NCBI GenBank assembly: GCA_033442325.1
Contig: JAWQFM010000015.1
Span: forward strand, 1,338,858 to 1,402,857
DNA from: Salpingoeca rosetta
Lineage: Eukaryota; Protista; Choanoflagellata
Direction of reading: 5' to 3'
DNA length: 64,000 nt
Under the pieces are notes generated by a model that was not told the DNA's origin, did not search any database, and saw only the letters and a list, made by a program, of their open reading frames with translations. Position numbers and translations under genes: made by a program. The number at the start of each line of letters is the position of its first letter. Positions within the stretch are counted from its first letter, which is position 1. Shown one piece after another: positions 1 through 19,223 of this stretch.

Positions 1-218
1 ATTATGGGTCCTAAATTTTCTTACTATTCTCGTCTGTCCTTACCAAACTCCTTTTTTGCGTTCCTCGTTACTTCTTCTTTTTTTTCATATTCTTTTTTTT
101 TGTTGTCAAGCTTTTTTTCTTTTTTTTTTTTATGTTTTTTGCCTTTTTCTTGCATTATATTACTATACGTTGTGATCTTTGTAAACACACACACGCCACA
201 CACTCACACACACTCATA

Positions 219-264
<46 letters not shown>

Positions 265-270
265 GCTGAC

Positions 271-458
271 CTTGCGAGCTTGACGTGTCCTCCCTCTGGA
301 TGCAGGAGACCGTGCACGGGTTTTCCGTTGATGACAAGACCGACTGCATTGCGACGGGGGAGAGCGCGATGGGAGTGGCGGTGAAGGTGCATCGCACAGG
401 GCGCGGCCGCAGGCAGACAACCTCAGACACAAACACAACAGGCAGACAACCTCAGACA

Positions 459-492
<34 letters not shown>

Positions 493-510
493 TACAGACA
501 CGCAGATACA

Positions 511-562
<52 letters not shown>

Positions 563-1879
563 CACGCACACACACACGCACACACACGCACGCACGCATC
601 TCACCGCCAACGCCAGTGCCGACGGTGATGTAAGCGCAGGATGAGTGACCCATGGCTTCGCCGTGTGCTTTGAACTCAGCGAGGGCAGGGGCATTCACAT
701 CGGTGTCAAACTTGTGGGGGACCCGGCCGTTCCACAGTGGCGCTACTACGTTGGCGTTCTGCGGTCGCGTATAGCAGTGGCACGTGAGGTCACACACGAG
801 GGTGAGGAGGAGAAGAGGAGAGGAGTGGGCAGGCACTCAGGCAGAACTCAATGCGAGCAGGCTGCAATCAACCAAGGCACGCAGGGAGGCACATGGTGCA
901 TCTATCTCACCTTCCAGTGCGGTTTGGGCGTTGATGTGATGTACCCGTACTCGGGGTGGTCTGTTGCCGTCGTTCAAGAGGCCAAGGAAGCACGTGAAAG
1001 ATGAGCACGTACACGCAGGGCGATGATGCACCTCCAGGGAGTCGTGCACGCATGCAAGCCGCACCACAGACCCCAGGACACGGGTCACTCATGAAGCCGA
1101 CACTTCACTGGACACTGACCTCTCTTTGGCTCGATGGGCCCAAAGGTGGCAATGCCGAGGGCGTCGTACTCGTGCTCGTCGAGCCACGCGCGAATCGCAG
1201 GCAGCGTTGTCTCCGGCTTCTTCGTTTCAAAGACGGCACGCTCCTGTCGTCTCGGCATGGTGAGTGTTGATGTCGATATGAGATGCGGGCGTGAGACGTG
1301 GACGTGAGATGCTGATGGAAGACGTGGGCGTAGATGAGCGATGCGCGTGCGCGCGCATCCAACTCGACGACGTCGTCGGTGTGACGCGTTCTGCACCTCA
1401 CAACAGCCATGAACAAGACATGCGTGTAGCATCGCACCGTGATATTGGTCGGTGACCCAACGGCAATGGCGACGCGCCAGGTCTGGCCACCACCCTCCAC
1501 GCCAGCAAACACCTGCAAGAGCGTGGATGACAAGGCGATGAACGAGAAGCATCAGAGTGAGCACGATGCTGCGATCCCAGTCAAGCCTGCGCTGTATGTG
1601 CATCCATCCACGACTGCATCCACGACTGCATCCACGACTGCAAACGCGAGTCCACATTCACAAATGCATGCACACATCCATCCATACATGCATCGATCCA
1701 TACACCTCCCTCCTCCGCATCGTCCAAACAAGCGCATGCTTTCTTCTTTTCCAGCACCCTTGCCACACCTTTGGGCGCTGCTGGCTCGTTGCCTGCTGGA
1801 CTTGGCCGCAGGCGCCACCGATGGCCGACACCACTGCGCCCAACACGCGCTCCAGCACGCTCGCAACCAACACCAGCAT
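271..1879 (-). CDS. ROK-family fructokinase (ScrK/YdhR-like), 3' end not resolved in window
   Basis: Phase-consistent GT-AG exons 1879-1769, 1512-1438, 1243-1120, 960-911, 758-605, 343-271 give [64 protein letters not shown], the ROK fructokinase motifs. Confidence 0.9.
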
Positions 1880-2131
1880 CTTGTTTGAGTCTTGCTTGCT
1901 GTCTTCGTTGTGGTGTTGTTTGTGTTTGTTGTGTTTGTTGGTGGGGTTTATTGGGGAAAACTCGCTGAAATCTTACACTGCTCCCAGCGCTCAGAGATGG
2001 GGAAGGCAATTGCGGCAAAACAAAGGGCAGCGGTGCGCATGGGTGAATGTGTGTGAGAGCACGCGCCTCATTTGTGTTTTGGGCAAAGGACAGGAACGAC
2101 GAAAGCCGGCATGATAGCAACAGCGCTGACG

Positions 2132-2225
<94 letters not shown>

Positions 2226-2238
2226 GTAGTTGCACAGA

Positions 2239-4707
2239 TCACGTCAAGGAAGAGTGGAGGTGGGCGTCAAAGCAGCTGCTGGCGAGCGTGGGCAGGCAGA
2301 CTGGAACGATGGTGCTCAGGGCTGTGCCTTGAGAACACTCGCGGCAACAGTAGCCGGTCTTCTTGCCGCAGATGCAGCAGCGCAGTCGCGTGTCCTTCGC
2401 ATGCCCGTCCGCATAGTAGGGGTGCAGTCGGAGCAGCATGGGCAGGTGCACCGACAGCGGCGCATTGCGACTGCTGCTTGCTGCTGTTGCTGGGGCGACG
2501 CTTTGTGCCTGCTGCTGCTGTCCCTGGTCGCGCAGTGGCGCCTGATGGCGATCGTGTTGTGGTTGTGGGTGTGGTTGTTGTTGATGTTGCTGCCGTTGCC
2601 GTCGTGGTTGCTGTTGCTGCCGTTGTCGTCGCTGTGGCTGGACGCCGCTGGGTGCAGGTGCGCTGGTCGGTTTATCTGCAGTGTTGGTGGCCAAGTCCTT
2701 CGCCAGGAGGAGGCGAAAGCGCCAGAAGGGCGTGTGCTCCTCACCCCAGCGATGGCAAAGCATGAGGTATGCATCGGTGATGCAGATGCCAACGAGCGTG
2801 ATGAGGAGGTGACGAGCGGGCGCGTTGGTCGTGAATGCTTCCGCTAGCAACCGCGCACCTTGAGAAAGGACGCCGTGCATTGCAGCCTTGCGCCTGCTGC
2901 TGCAGTACAGATGTGCAATCGGCGACTGTGTGATTGCGTCGTCGCTGTTGTCGTGACGATGCTGTGTTGCATCAGGGCTGCGTGTTGAGACGAACGTCAT
3001 CACACCCCGAGCAGCGCGCCACGCATGGGCGATGATGTAAACGGGGGATATAGCAGCACTACCACTGTGCACAATGCTGCTCAGGTCAACATCCGCTGTT
3101 GCCGTGAAGGTGCTCCCCATGGGCGCAGGCGTGTGATGTGCCAGCCACTCCTGGTGTGAGTGAGTGTGTGTGTGTGAGTGTGTGTATGTGTGTGTGAGAG
3201 CGTGTGTGTGAGTGTGTGTATGTGTGTGTGAGAGCGTGTGTGTATGTGTGTGTGTGTGTGCGTGCGTGTGTGTGTGTGTGTGTCACAGTCACATATTGCC
3301 TCACAAAGGCGAGTGCTCCCTCACCTTTGGGAAATGCCGTGTCATGGTCTCCACGTTGCCAATGAACTGCAAGCCCCTCCTCTTCAGCTCATATGCGGCT
3401 TGGACGGATGCGACGGCGGGCCCGCCAACGAGCATGCGACCGGAACCAGCGTACGCCTCAGCTGCATCTAACATCCACGCGCAGTTGCTGGCAGCAGGAT
3501 TGCTCCCATCCCCTTCGTCACCAGCAGCACCATCCTCAAAGTCGCTGACGTCCAACCACAACACGACACCAGATTCGCCGTCCGCGAGTGACCTGAGCTC
3601 CATCTCAGCGCCGCGCTCTGCACTGCATCCATGGGCCACACCGTCCATGGATGCACATGTGTCTGACGTGTGCGCGTGTAATACGAGGGTGCCGCCCGCT
3701 CGGAACTCACGTCGAGACGCGTTGAACATCGCAATCGCTGGCTCAACAGCAGCAAGGTTTGGGCGAAGCCGCTGCCCCTGATGTTGGTGTTGGTGTTGTG
3801 CAGGATCATCACCAGGAGCGTCAGGGACGACGGCTAGACAACTGAGGATTGCTTCAAACCGAGACCGCGACAACCCGAACGTCTGCTCGAACCTGAGACA
3901 AGCAAAGGTGTCGGAATCACGGTAGCTGTCATCCCAGCACTGGTGGAGAGGAAGGCCGAGGTGAGCCACGCCCACGAACGCTCCAAAGACACGCAGCATC
4001 TCCCCGGTGGTGGTCACACGCTGGCCCTTGGCGGCGAGGTTGGCTGATGTTGCGCTCACGAGCGCGTCCAGGAAGGTGCTGGGAAACGCAGCGAGGAAGA
4101 AGCCAAGCAAGTTGTCTGGCCGGAGCGTCAAGGCGGGCGTTGGCGGCGAGAAGGAGGGCGTTGGTCGACGTACGTGTTGCAGCGAAGACGCAGCGCGAGC
4201 GGGCTTCCACCACACGTGCTGCACGAGCACAGCCGCCGGCTCCTCTGCTTCATCTGGTTCGTGAGCGTGTGTATGCGCGCGGCTCTGCTGCGGTGAGCCT
4301 GAGTGTGGTGGATGCTGTGCGGGTTGGTTGCTTGGCTCGGGAACCTCTATCGCCTCAGCTGGCTCCAGTGCCTGCGTGTCTGCTTGCGCTGGCTGTATCG
4401 CTGCTTGCGCTGGTGTCAACCCTGCGCCAGTGCCATGCTGCGTGCCCGTGCCATGAGCAGCAGCTTGTCCTGTGTCCAGTTCCAGTGACCGTGTGGGCAC
4501 GGTGGATGCGCTGCCCGTGCTCCAAACAACACGCCAGCGCCGGCCCCTGCCTCGTCCTGTCTGCTCCTTGATGGTGCCCTTGACCAACCTTGTGTGTGCG
4601 CCTGGCCCAAACGCCTCGCACGCGCGGGCTACGCCAAAGGCAGCCACGGCAGACGCCACGACGCGGGCGCCAACACCAAGCTGCTTCGCCCTCTTTCGAG
4701 ACGACAT
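2239..4707 (-). CDS. piggyBac-transposase-derived protein (PGBD-like, ~764 aa), catalytically degenerate, C-terminal Cys-rich zinc ribbon
   Basis: Exons 4707-3325 and 3150-2239 join in phase 0 (FPK|EWL). DDE_Tnp_1_7-like motifs GEMLRVFG, LSRSRFEAIL, GLQFIGNV...FPK, AHAW...FVST; C-terminal RCCICGKKTGYCCREC...VC...SCFDAH. Confidence 0.75.
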
Positions 4708-4876
4708 TGGGCGCCCTCACAGTGTGTGAAACACAGTGAACGTCGGTGTGAAGTGTGTCTTTTACTTTGGCTGTCCTTCTTCTCCCACACCAACCAGCCA
4801 ACCAACCAACCAGCCAACCAACCAACCAACCAACCAAGCAAGCAAGTGCCACCACCACGTCAACCAAGTCATCACA

Positions 4877-7523
<2,647 letters not shown>

Positions 7524-7851
7524 GTTGTTTGTTGCTGTTTGTGTGTTTCGTTGTTGTTGTAAATGAATGCGCCTTGTCCTTTCTCAACTTTGTGTTGTAA
7601 TGATCTGAGCGAACCAACCAACACCAACCAGCATCAACCAACATCAACCAACCAACCAACCAACCAACACCACAGAGCACGACACGAGGCCATGCAACAC
7701 GGCACAGCACTGCTCACACCAGCACACAGAGCCAGAAAAGCGCTCACACACAGCACACGGCACACAGCACACGAAACGAATGCAGCTGAAAGCGCTGCGT
7801 TCATGTTACGCCTGCATGTGTGATGCGTGAATGGATACATGTACGTCTGCA

Positions 7852-11728
<3,877 letters not shown>

Positions 11729-12309
11729 CGTTGCTTGCTTGCTTGCTTGGGAAGTCGAATCAGGGGATCAAATGCTAGGGCACGCGTGGTGGTGGTGGAA
11801 AGTGAGACACGCCTGTATGGAGGGGAAACCAAAACAACAAAACAACAACAAGCAGAAGTGAAGAGAGTGTTGTGACATCTGACCTGTTGGGTTTCACGTG
11901 CGAAAGGGAAAAATGACTTCTTTTGGTGGAAGGGAAAATTGACTTGGAGCACAAGCCGCTCTGATAATTTTTCGGGGACCTGAGTTGCGGACAGCAGTGC
12001 CAAAACCAAAAGAACAACAACCACAGCGTTTGTTTGCGGACAGTGGCTGGATTGTGTCTTTTTTTTTGCCACTCCAGTGCACCCCAAACACAAACACCCA
12101 GACAGGCAACCACCAGACCAGACCACCACCACAACAAGATAACAGGTAAGCCTGTAAGCATGGTCTCTCTTTTTGCTCACCTTCCCACTGCGGTCAGCAC
12201 AGCTCTGGCTTCACCTCCTCCTCTCCTTCTCCGAGTAACTGAGCTCCCAACCCAGCGCGCTGTCTTCAATGCATCTTGACATGCTGGACATGCTTGTCTT
12301 CATGACATC

Positions 12310-15024
12310 ATGTCATCACAGAGGAAAACACAAACTTACAACAACAAACGCTCTGCTTTCTCTCGCATCGTGCCTTTGTGGTCAGCGATCAACGCCAGCA
12401 ACACGAGAGGAGTCATGGCTTCCACTTCACCGACCGATCTTGATGTGTGGGACACCCAGAATGAAGAGTGCGAGCAGGAACAACTACCACACATCCCCAG
12501 AGTTGAGAATGGCGACGCCATTCTCCCCGCTTTGCCTGAAACCGAGCCTTCAATGCACACTTCTCCGGCTGGTGCAACCCACCCTGCCCACCGTCTCCCA
12601 CCGGCACCGAAGGGTTCGAATACCGCCAAGGCCAAGGAGCAAGCCTCCATGCAGCAGTCCAAGCCTCTCAAACCCGGAATCAGTTCTGCTCAACTTAGTG
12701 CTGCTTTGAGCGAATCCCCAACCAAGAAGCCCAAGATCGATTCACCTGAAAGCGGCGCCACGAAGCGGACACATCGACGTGACATTGCGGTGCAGAAAGC
12801 ACCAAGTCGCGTAACGACCGCGAGCAGTGCTTCCTCGGCCAAGGACTCAAGACAAAGCAACACAAAGACCAGTAACACCAAGACTGCCAACAAAGAGTCC
12901 AGTCACACCACAGCAGCTCCGTCACGCCGCGTCTCCTCAACCTCGTCATCAGTCTCAACATGTGATTCTTCCTCAACGTTGTCTTCTCCAACGCTTCCGG
13001 GTGATACCTCAACCGCCTCGTCTTCCAGCACCAAGCAGACCACCAAGCAGACCACCAAATCGTCCGCTGTGCCCCCGCAAGCAACTGCATCGAGCACTGT
13101 CATGCCCTCGTCGAGCATTGACCCGGTGCCAACACCTCAGCCCAAAAAGAAGAAACCGACAGCGACCAGCCGACCCAAAGCCAACAGTTTCACTATGGCC
13201 ACCACAGCTAGTGAGGGCAACGCATCATCGTCCTCGTCGTCTTCTGGCTCCCGCTCTTCCTCGCCTTCGGTAAAACTAACCACCAAGCCCGTGGCCGGTT
13301 CAGCTTCAAAATCTTCGCCTGCTTCCTCCAAGCCAACCACAAAGCGGAAGAAGACAGCTGTGCGCGGAAAGGGTGGAGAGTCCAAGCAACCCACAGATAA
13401 GAAGGGCACGCCAACAAAGACAAGGCGTCGTCGTAGTAAGGCAGGCGCACCCTCCAGCGAGGACAACTCTATCTCTCCGCAGCGGTCGTCATCTACACAT
13501 GTGCCATCATCAGTTGGAGTGATGCCGGCCAGCGCGACCACACATGCACCAGTAGCAGCATGTGCGGCTTCACCAGGCTCGTCTGGGTCTCCCCGCGCCT
13601 CTGGTACGAATGGCGATGGTACTCGCGTCACAGCCACCACGAGTACATCAAACGGCACGGCCAGAGCGAGCGACGACGATGGCCAAGACCTGCCACTGCA
13701 GTTTGTGGCGCTGCGCTGTGTCAAGGAGCAGCTCCCACCAATCTTGCAGCCACACTTTCTGGAGAACATTGACATGCGCAACCCAAGCAGCACCATTGAG
13801 GAGATGCAGATGATGTACTGCTTCGTGACGTTCATGGCCATCAGCTCTATGACTGTGTTCGAGCAGAGTACCACGAAGCAGCAAGACTTGAAGGATGCTC
13901 TCAAAGCGTTTCAGGTGCGGAAAGATACGCTTCGGTTGGATCGCTCCGCTCTCGAAGCCCTGCTTCGCTTCCATGCCGAGATGATTGACCTGCGTATCGT
14001 TGCCGACGCGAGCGAGCTTGACGAGGCAACCATCATCAACGTCGGCAGCGACTCGGCCATCTTTGTCATGAACCCGTGCGGCGTGCTGTTCCGCGCCAGC
14101 GACATTGCCATGGACGAGGAAGCCACGGACCTCAATGACGACACGGCGGTGGGCGCGCTGTCACCGCCGCACATTGGCGACGACCCCGACCTCGACACGG
14201 CCGTCGGAGCCATGCACGCCAGTACCCCTGAGCAGCACGGCTTTGCCGGCGAATTTACGGAGCCGATTCGTGACCTGCAGAGCATTCCCACATCCCCGAT
14301 TGACCAGCAGCAAACGGGCACCGGCGCCCCCAACATCTACCCGCAACAGCAGGCCGTGGGTGCCAGCGTGTTTGAGCGCATCCGCACCGTGCTACTGTCC
14401 TTGGAGCTGGACATTGAGAGAGACAGCGTTGACAAGGCTGCACGGTTGCCGTTTGATGAGCTTGGCGGCATCCTCATGTTGGTGCCCAACTTCAACTCCC
14501 TGTACGCACAGACGCGCTCGCGTGCACAGCAGTTCTTGCAGCAGCAAGGCGTTCCCGAAGACAAGGTGCTGGTGGTGAAGTGCAACGCAGCGTGTGCTGA
14601 TGAAGTGAAGACTTTCTGGCGGGGGGTGGAGACGAACAGGGACAAGCTGTTTGTGGTGCTGCATGATGAAGCGCACTGGGCCATCGACAGGTCACCAAAT
14701 GATGACAGCTCAAGTGGTGTGGCTGACCTGTTCCTCAACCAGCCCAGAAACAAAGGGGTCAAGAACGCACGCAACCTTGTGCGCTTGCTGGTCACAGCCA
14801 CACCCTATGCTCTGCAGACCGGGAAATCGGCAATCCCTTTGGTCAATGAGATCCACTGGGATGCCGTCACAGGCGGCAGCGAAGAATCGTCTGGTGAGAG
14901 AGTGTGTGAGAGAGGGTGTGTGTGCGTGTTTATGTGTGCGTGTACACGTGTAAGTGTAGTTGCCGCACCTTGTCAAGCAGTTCTCACGTAATGATCGTCC
15001 ACACACACTCACATGCAAACATGT

Positions 15025-15091
<67 letters not shown>

Positions 15092-18000
15092 AGAGAACCA
15101 CGGGCCGCGGTACTTTGGGATGTCCGACCTGCAGGGGCAACATAAGGACCCCAAGCGACAGCGTCTTGTCATGGACAGTTCATTTCATGCTCTGGTGTCG
15201 GAGTGCGTTGGGCGTCGTAAGCCAGGCACACGCGAACAACTCATGGCTAAGTTTTTCCAGTGTTACGAAGCGGCCTTCTTGCTCGCTTTACATGATATCA
15301 TGGGGACAAAACTGCTAGACCGAGAGGAACTGGAGAGCCACACGACACCCTTGACGCTGCGCATGATCACCCGCTTCCTCAAGGCGACGACCAGCACCAA
15401 CGGTCACGGACACATGCTCCTCATCCGTGTTGTGAGCAACCCCATGGGCCGCGCGTTGACGTTGAGGCTGAGAGAGCTTCGCGCCAAGCTTGGCCTCGAC
15501 AAGCGGTTTGCGGTATTGCAGGACACCAGCGCCGACCCGCTGCGACGCGTGCTTGAACTTGATGAGCGCAGCTCCGAGTGCCTCTCGCGACTGCAGCAGA
15601 TGACGGGCGCGAGTGGCATTGCCAGCTATGAGCAGCTGGAGCACCTTCCCTGCATCCTCGTGCTCTGTGACAAGGGCCGCATGGGCGACACCTTCCCCAA
15701 GTCGCTGCAATACTACGACCTCCGCCTGCGCTACGGTAGCTCCTCCTCCTGCACGCGCACCTACATGGAACAGGACCTCGGACGCATGTTCCGGTACGCG
15801 CGGAGTCTGGACGAGCTGCCCATGTGCCTGTTGCCGCCAACGGCACACGAGTGCCTCCAGCGAAGCCTCATACACCTCTCCCCCGACCGTAAGGTGTGTG
15901 CGTTTATTGGCGTATGTATTTTTGTGTATGTGTGTATATGTGTGTGTTATATGTGTTCATCATCATGTATGTGCGTGTGTTGATGTGTGATGGATCATCC
16001 CCACATTCCAACTACTTGCATCCCGCCCTAAGCTTGTATGTACAAACACACACTCCCGTGTCAGCCCCAATTACTTCTTCACGCTCACCGTCTGTCTCCT
16101 CTCACTCTAGGCGAACATTTCAAAGCCACCCAAAGGTGAACAGATACCTCGACCAAAACCGAGTGAAAACTGGTCATCACGGAACGATTCCCTCTTCTAC
16201 CGCACGTATGCGCGCCCAACAAGCAAGAACTACGATGAGGGCAACCGCCGGGGTACAGACCCACGTCGCTTCCTCCTGCAGGGCAAGCCGCAGGTGGGGA
16301 AGACGGGCGCATACCTGTGGGCGCTCAAGCTGCTCGCTGAGCACCTCAACATGCCACCAGGGCCCACAGAGACGGAGGAGGTGGTGGTGTGCTGTGACGA
16401 TGACGACTTTGACGACGAAGGCAACGAGCGGGAACTTGACATGGACGAGGATGAGCAGCAGCAGCAAAACCACCGCGGCGTGCTGCCTGTACACACAGTG
16501 GTGCAATCCCTACCCTTTGTGGCGCCACAGCCCGGCAAGTATGGCGCCATCATCATGGACCAGCGTGTGCACGCAGCGCGGCTGGCAGCAGCAGAGGCAG
16601 CGGCACACGGCGACAATGGCGACGTTGTTGTGGATGGTGCACCCGGGAACCGGTCACGACTCGTGGTGCGCAAGACTGTGAGCAGCGAGTATGCGCTCAT
16701 GGCGCGACCACAGCCGCCGTCAGCTCAGGCGGCAGCAGGTGGCAACGCTGTCGTGGCCGAGTTTGCGGCGCCGGTCGTGGCTGAGCTGAGCGTGAACAGC
16801 GACGACGAGATGAACCGTGAGAGGACGCTGGGCAGCCGATGGCACATTCCCGCAGCCAAGGCGGTCCTGTTCCAAGGGCTCATCAGCCGTGGCGACGACG
16901 GTACTGCTGCTACGTTTGAGCGCATTCGTGTTGAGGACCTTGACATGCCCGTCGTGTTTATGCCGTCGAGTGGGCGTGCCGCCATCGGCCTCCTCGACCT
17001 CAGCAGAACACTTCGCAGTCGTCAGAGCAACAGCAGCGGGAACAGCAGCACAAGCAGCAGTGACAACAACGGCAGTGGCGATGGTGGTGTTCACAAAGTG
17101 CTGCAGGTGATTGTGGTGAAACAGGACGAGTTTGACGCCTATTGCACGCACTACCCTGACGTGGTGGTGTGTGCGCTGCCCGAAGCTGCAAGCAGCCCTG
17201 ACAAGGGCATTGGTGCGAGCCGCGACTTCATCAAGCGGTTTGCCACGCTCAACCTCGACCTGACCCGCCACGCAGCGCGTGCTGGCGGTGTGAGGCTGGG
17301 GCGGGTTGCGAGCCTCATCCTCATGCTGGACGACTCGTGCTTGGTGTTCAAGCGCGCCGTCGTGAGGCAGGATCCCTGCGACTTTCACACTGCTGATGAT
17401 GTTGATGTTGTGGACGGCGCCCAGCATGGCGGTGCGAGCGACGATCACCAGCGAGAGTGGAAGTGGGACTGGGCGAACCGTGAGAACCGCAGCGAGTTCA
17501 CCATGGAGGACGTGCCGCTGCTGCACGTGCTGCAGCACATGCTGAGCGACCCTGACTTGCACAGGTACGCGCTGATGGGCATTTCGCGCTGGCGCCCGTT
17601 CTTGCGCAACATGCAGAGCGCGTACAAGCGGGCGCATCCGTTCTCGTTCCTGCTCCTGAACGTCGATGTGACGCGTGACGTGCACTACGAGGCAAACGAT
17701 CTTCTCTGCGAGGACATCCGCTTCAACGAGCGCTTGAACGCGCGTGATTTGTTGTTTGTCAAGTACTGCCGGTTCGTGTTGCTGAAGAAGCAGTTGGCTG
17801 AGGGCGGCTGCAGCGCCCTGTTGGAGAGGGCGCACGTGGATGCACAGAACGAGACACATTCGCGCACGTTCGAAGTTGCTGCTCTGCCAGACACTGGTAA
17901 TGATTTCAGTGCGAAACTCGCTGTCACCCTCGATAACATCCCGACTGCTGAGCTCATTGCTGCTGCTGAGGGTGACGCGAGTGCACTGTTGGACCGTCTG

Positions 18001-18558
18001 GCAGACCACCTCGTCACGATCCTGGGACCCGGTCTCGTGTCATTGCTGCAAATGGAGCTTGTTGAGCCCCGCATGCTGTGCATGCCTGCAGGCACATCAT
18101 CGCGGCCACATCAAGTGCAATGCCGAATCTGCCTCAAGGAACCTGGGCAGCAGCTGGACATGGTGGGATACACCCGCCTTCGAAGCACCCTCGCGTACAT
18201 TGCGACGGTCGCACAAACACAGGCGTCAGTCCCGCTATCCATCGTGCTGGACTTTGTGCGCAAACATTTGATCCCTGTGCCTGCAAGCACGCGCGTCTTC
18301 ACAATTGGCGAGCGGCCTGAACGCGACGCGAACGTACCCATCGCAACTGCCCCAACAGCCGTCATCGCATCCTACACCACAAATCCAATTGAAGTGAGGG
18401 CTCTGACAAGCAACTCTGAGTGGCAATGCTTGCTCGTCGACATGTACCATGCTACTGGCGAGCATGAGGGCCTGAGATTCCTTCTGTCCGTGGCGCCGGC
18501 CAACTCTGAAGCCTATTACTACCTCCACTTGGGCTGGGTGCTTGCGATCAAGCGATAG
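12310..18558 (+). CDS. GREB1: GREB1/GREB1L-like protein (~1943 aa): permuted SF2 helicase-like region plus C-terminal TAGT/JGT-type glycosyltransferase
   Basis: Exons 12310-14893, 15094-15893, 16111-18558 (5832 nt, in frame). Motifs LFVVLHDEAHW, LPCILVL..KGRMGDTFPKSLQYYDLRL..CTRTYMEQDLGR, PRRFLLQGKPQVGKTGAYL, GIGASRDFIK, ILMLDDSC, FLLLNVDVT..LCEDIRFN, KKQLAEGG resemble GREB1 throughout. Alternative start at 12415. Confidence 0.88.
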
Positions 18559-18579
18559 ATGTGCCGCGTGTAGTATCAG

Positions 18580-18633
<54 letters not shown>

Positions 18634-18749
18634 CATCGTGTGAAGTGTATGTTGTACGTGCGCGTCGTCTTGATACTTCCGCCATTCTCTCTTAAAGGTT
18701 TATTCCTTCTCACACACCCACCAAACTTCACCCCTCCCTCCCTCCGGTA

Positions 18750-19087
18750 TCATTGCTCCTTCCTCTCCATCTCAAGTGTTGTTTGCAGCGCATCAAACAG
18801 TGCGTGTGACCGTGCAACACTCACGTGCAGCCACTCCACCACGTCGTTGTCGTTGTTGTTCCTCTTACCACGGGTCTCCTGTTTGTGCCCTTGCCTTTGC
18901 CTTTGCCTTTGCCTTGTTCTTTTTGTGGTCACATGCTTAAAGTCGCAGTGCAGTAGCGCCAGCTCCTGGTACCTGTTGCACGCCAATACACGGTTTTGTT
19001 GGAGTGGTTTGGAAGGTGTGAGGAGAAGGCAGGGGTGGCGGAGGTGAGGCAGAGGGATGCAGAGGAGAGGCGAGGCAGTGACAAACG

Positions 19088-19169
<82 letters not shown>

Positions 19170-19189
19170 TACACACACACGCATACACG

Positions 19190-19223
<34 letters not shown>

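Noticed and set aside
1-180. T-rich stretch and the Phe-rich ORF 4..384
   Set aside because: Composition is unlike the rest of the window and lies at the edge; probably a low-quality read end or intron, with no protein signal.
16720-18009. Long antisense ORFs (also 47479..48525 and 26195..27109)
   Set aside because: Shadows of GC-rich coding sequence on the opposite strand, with no motifs of their own.
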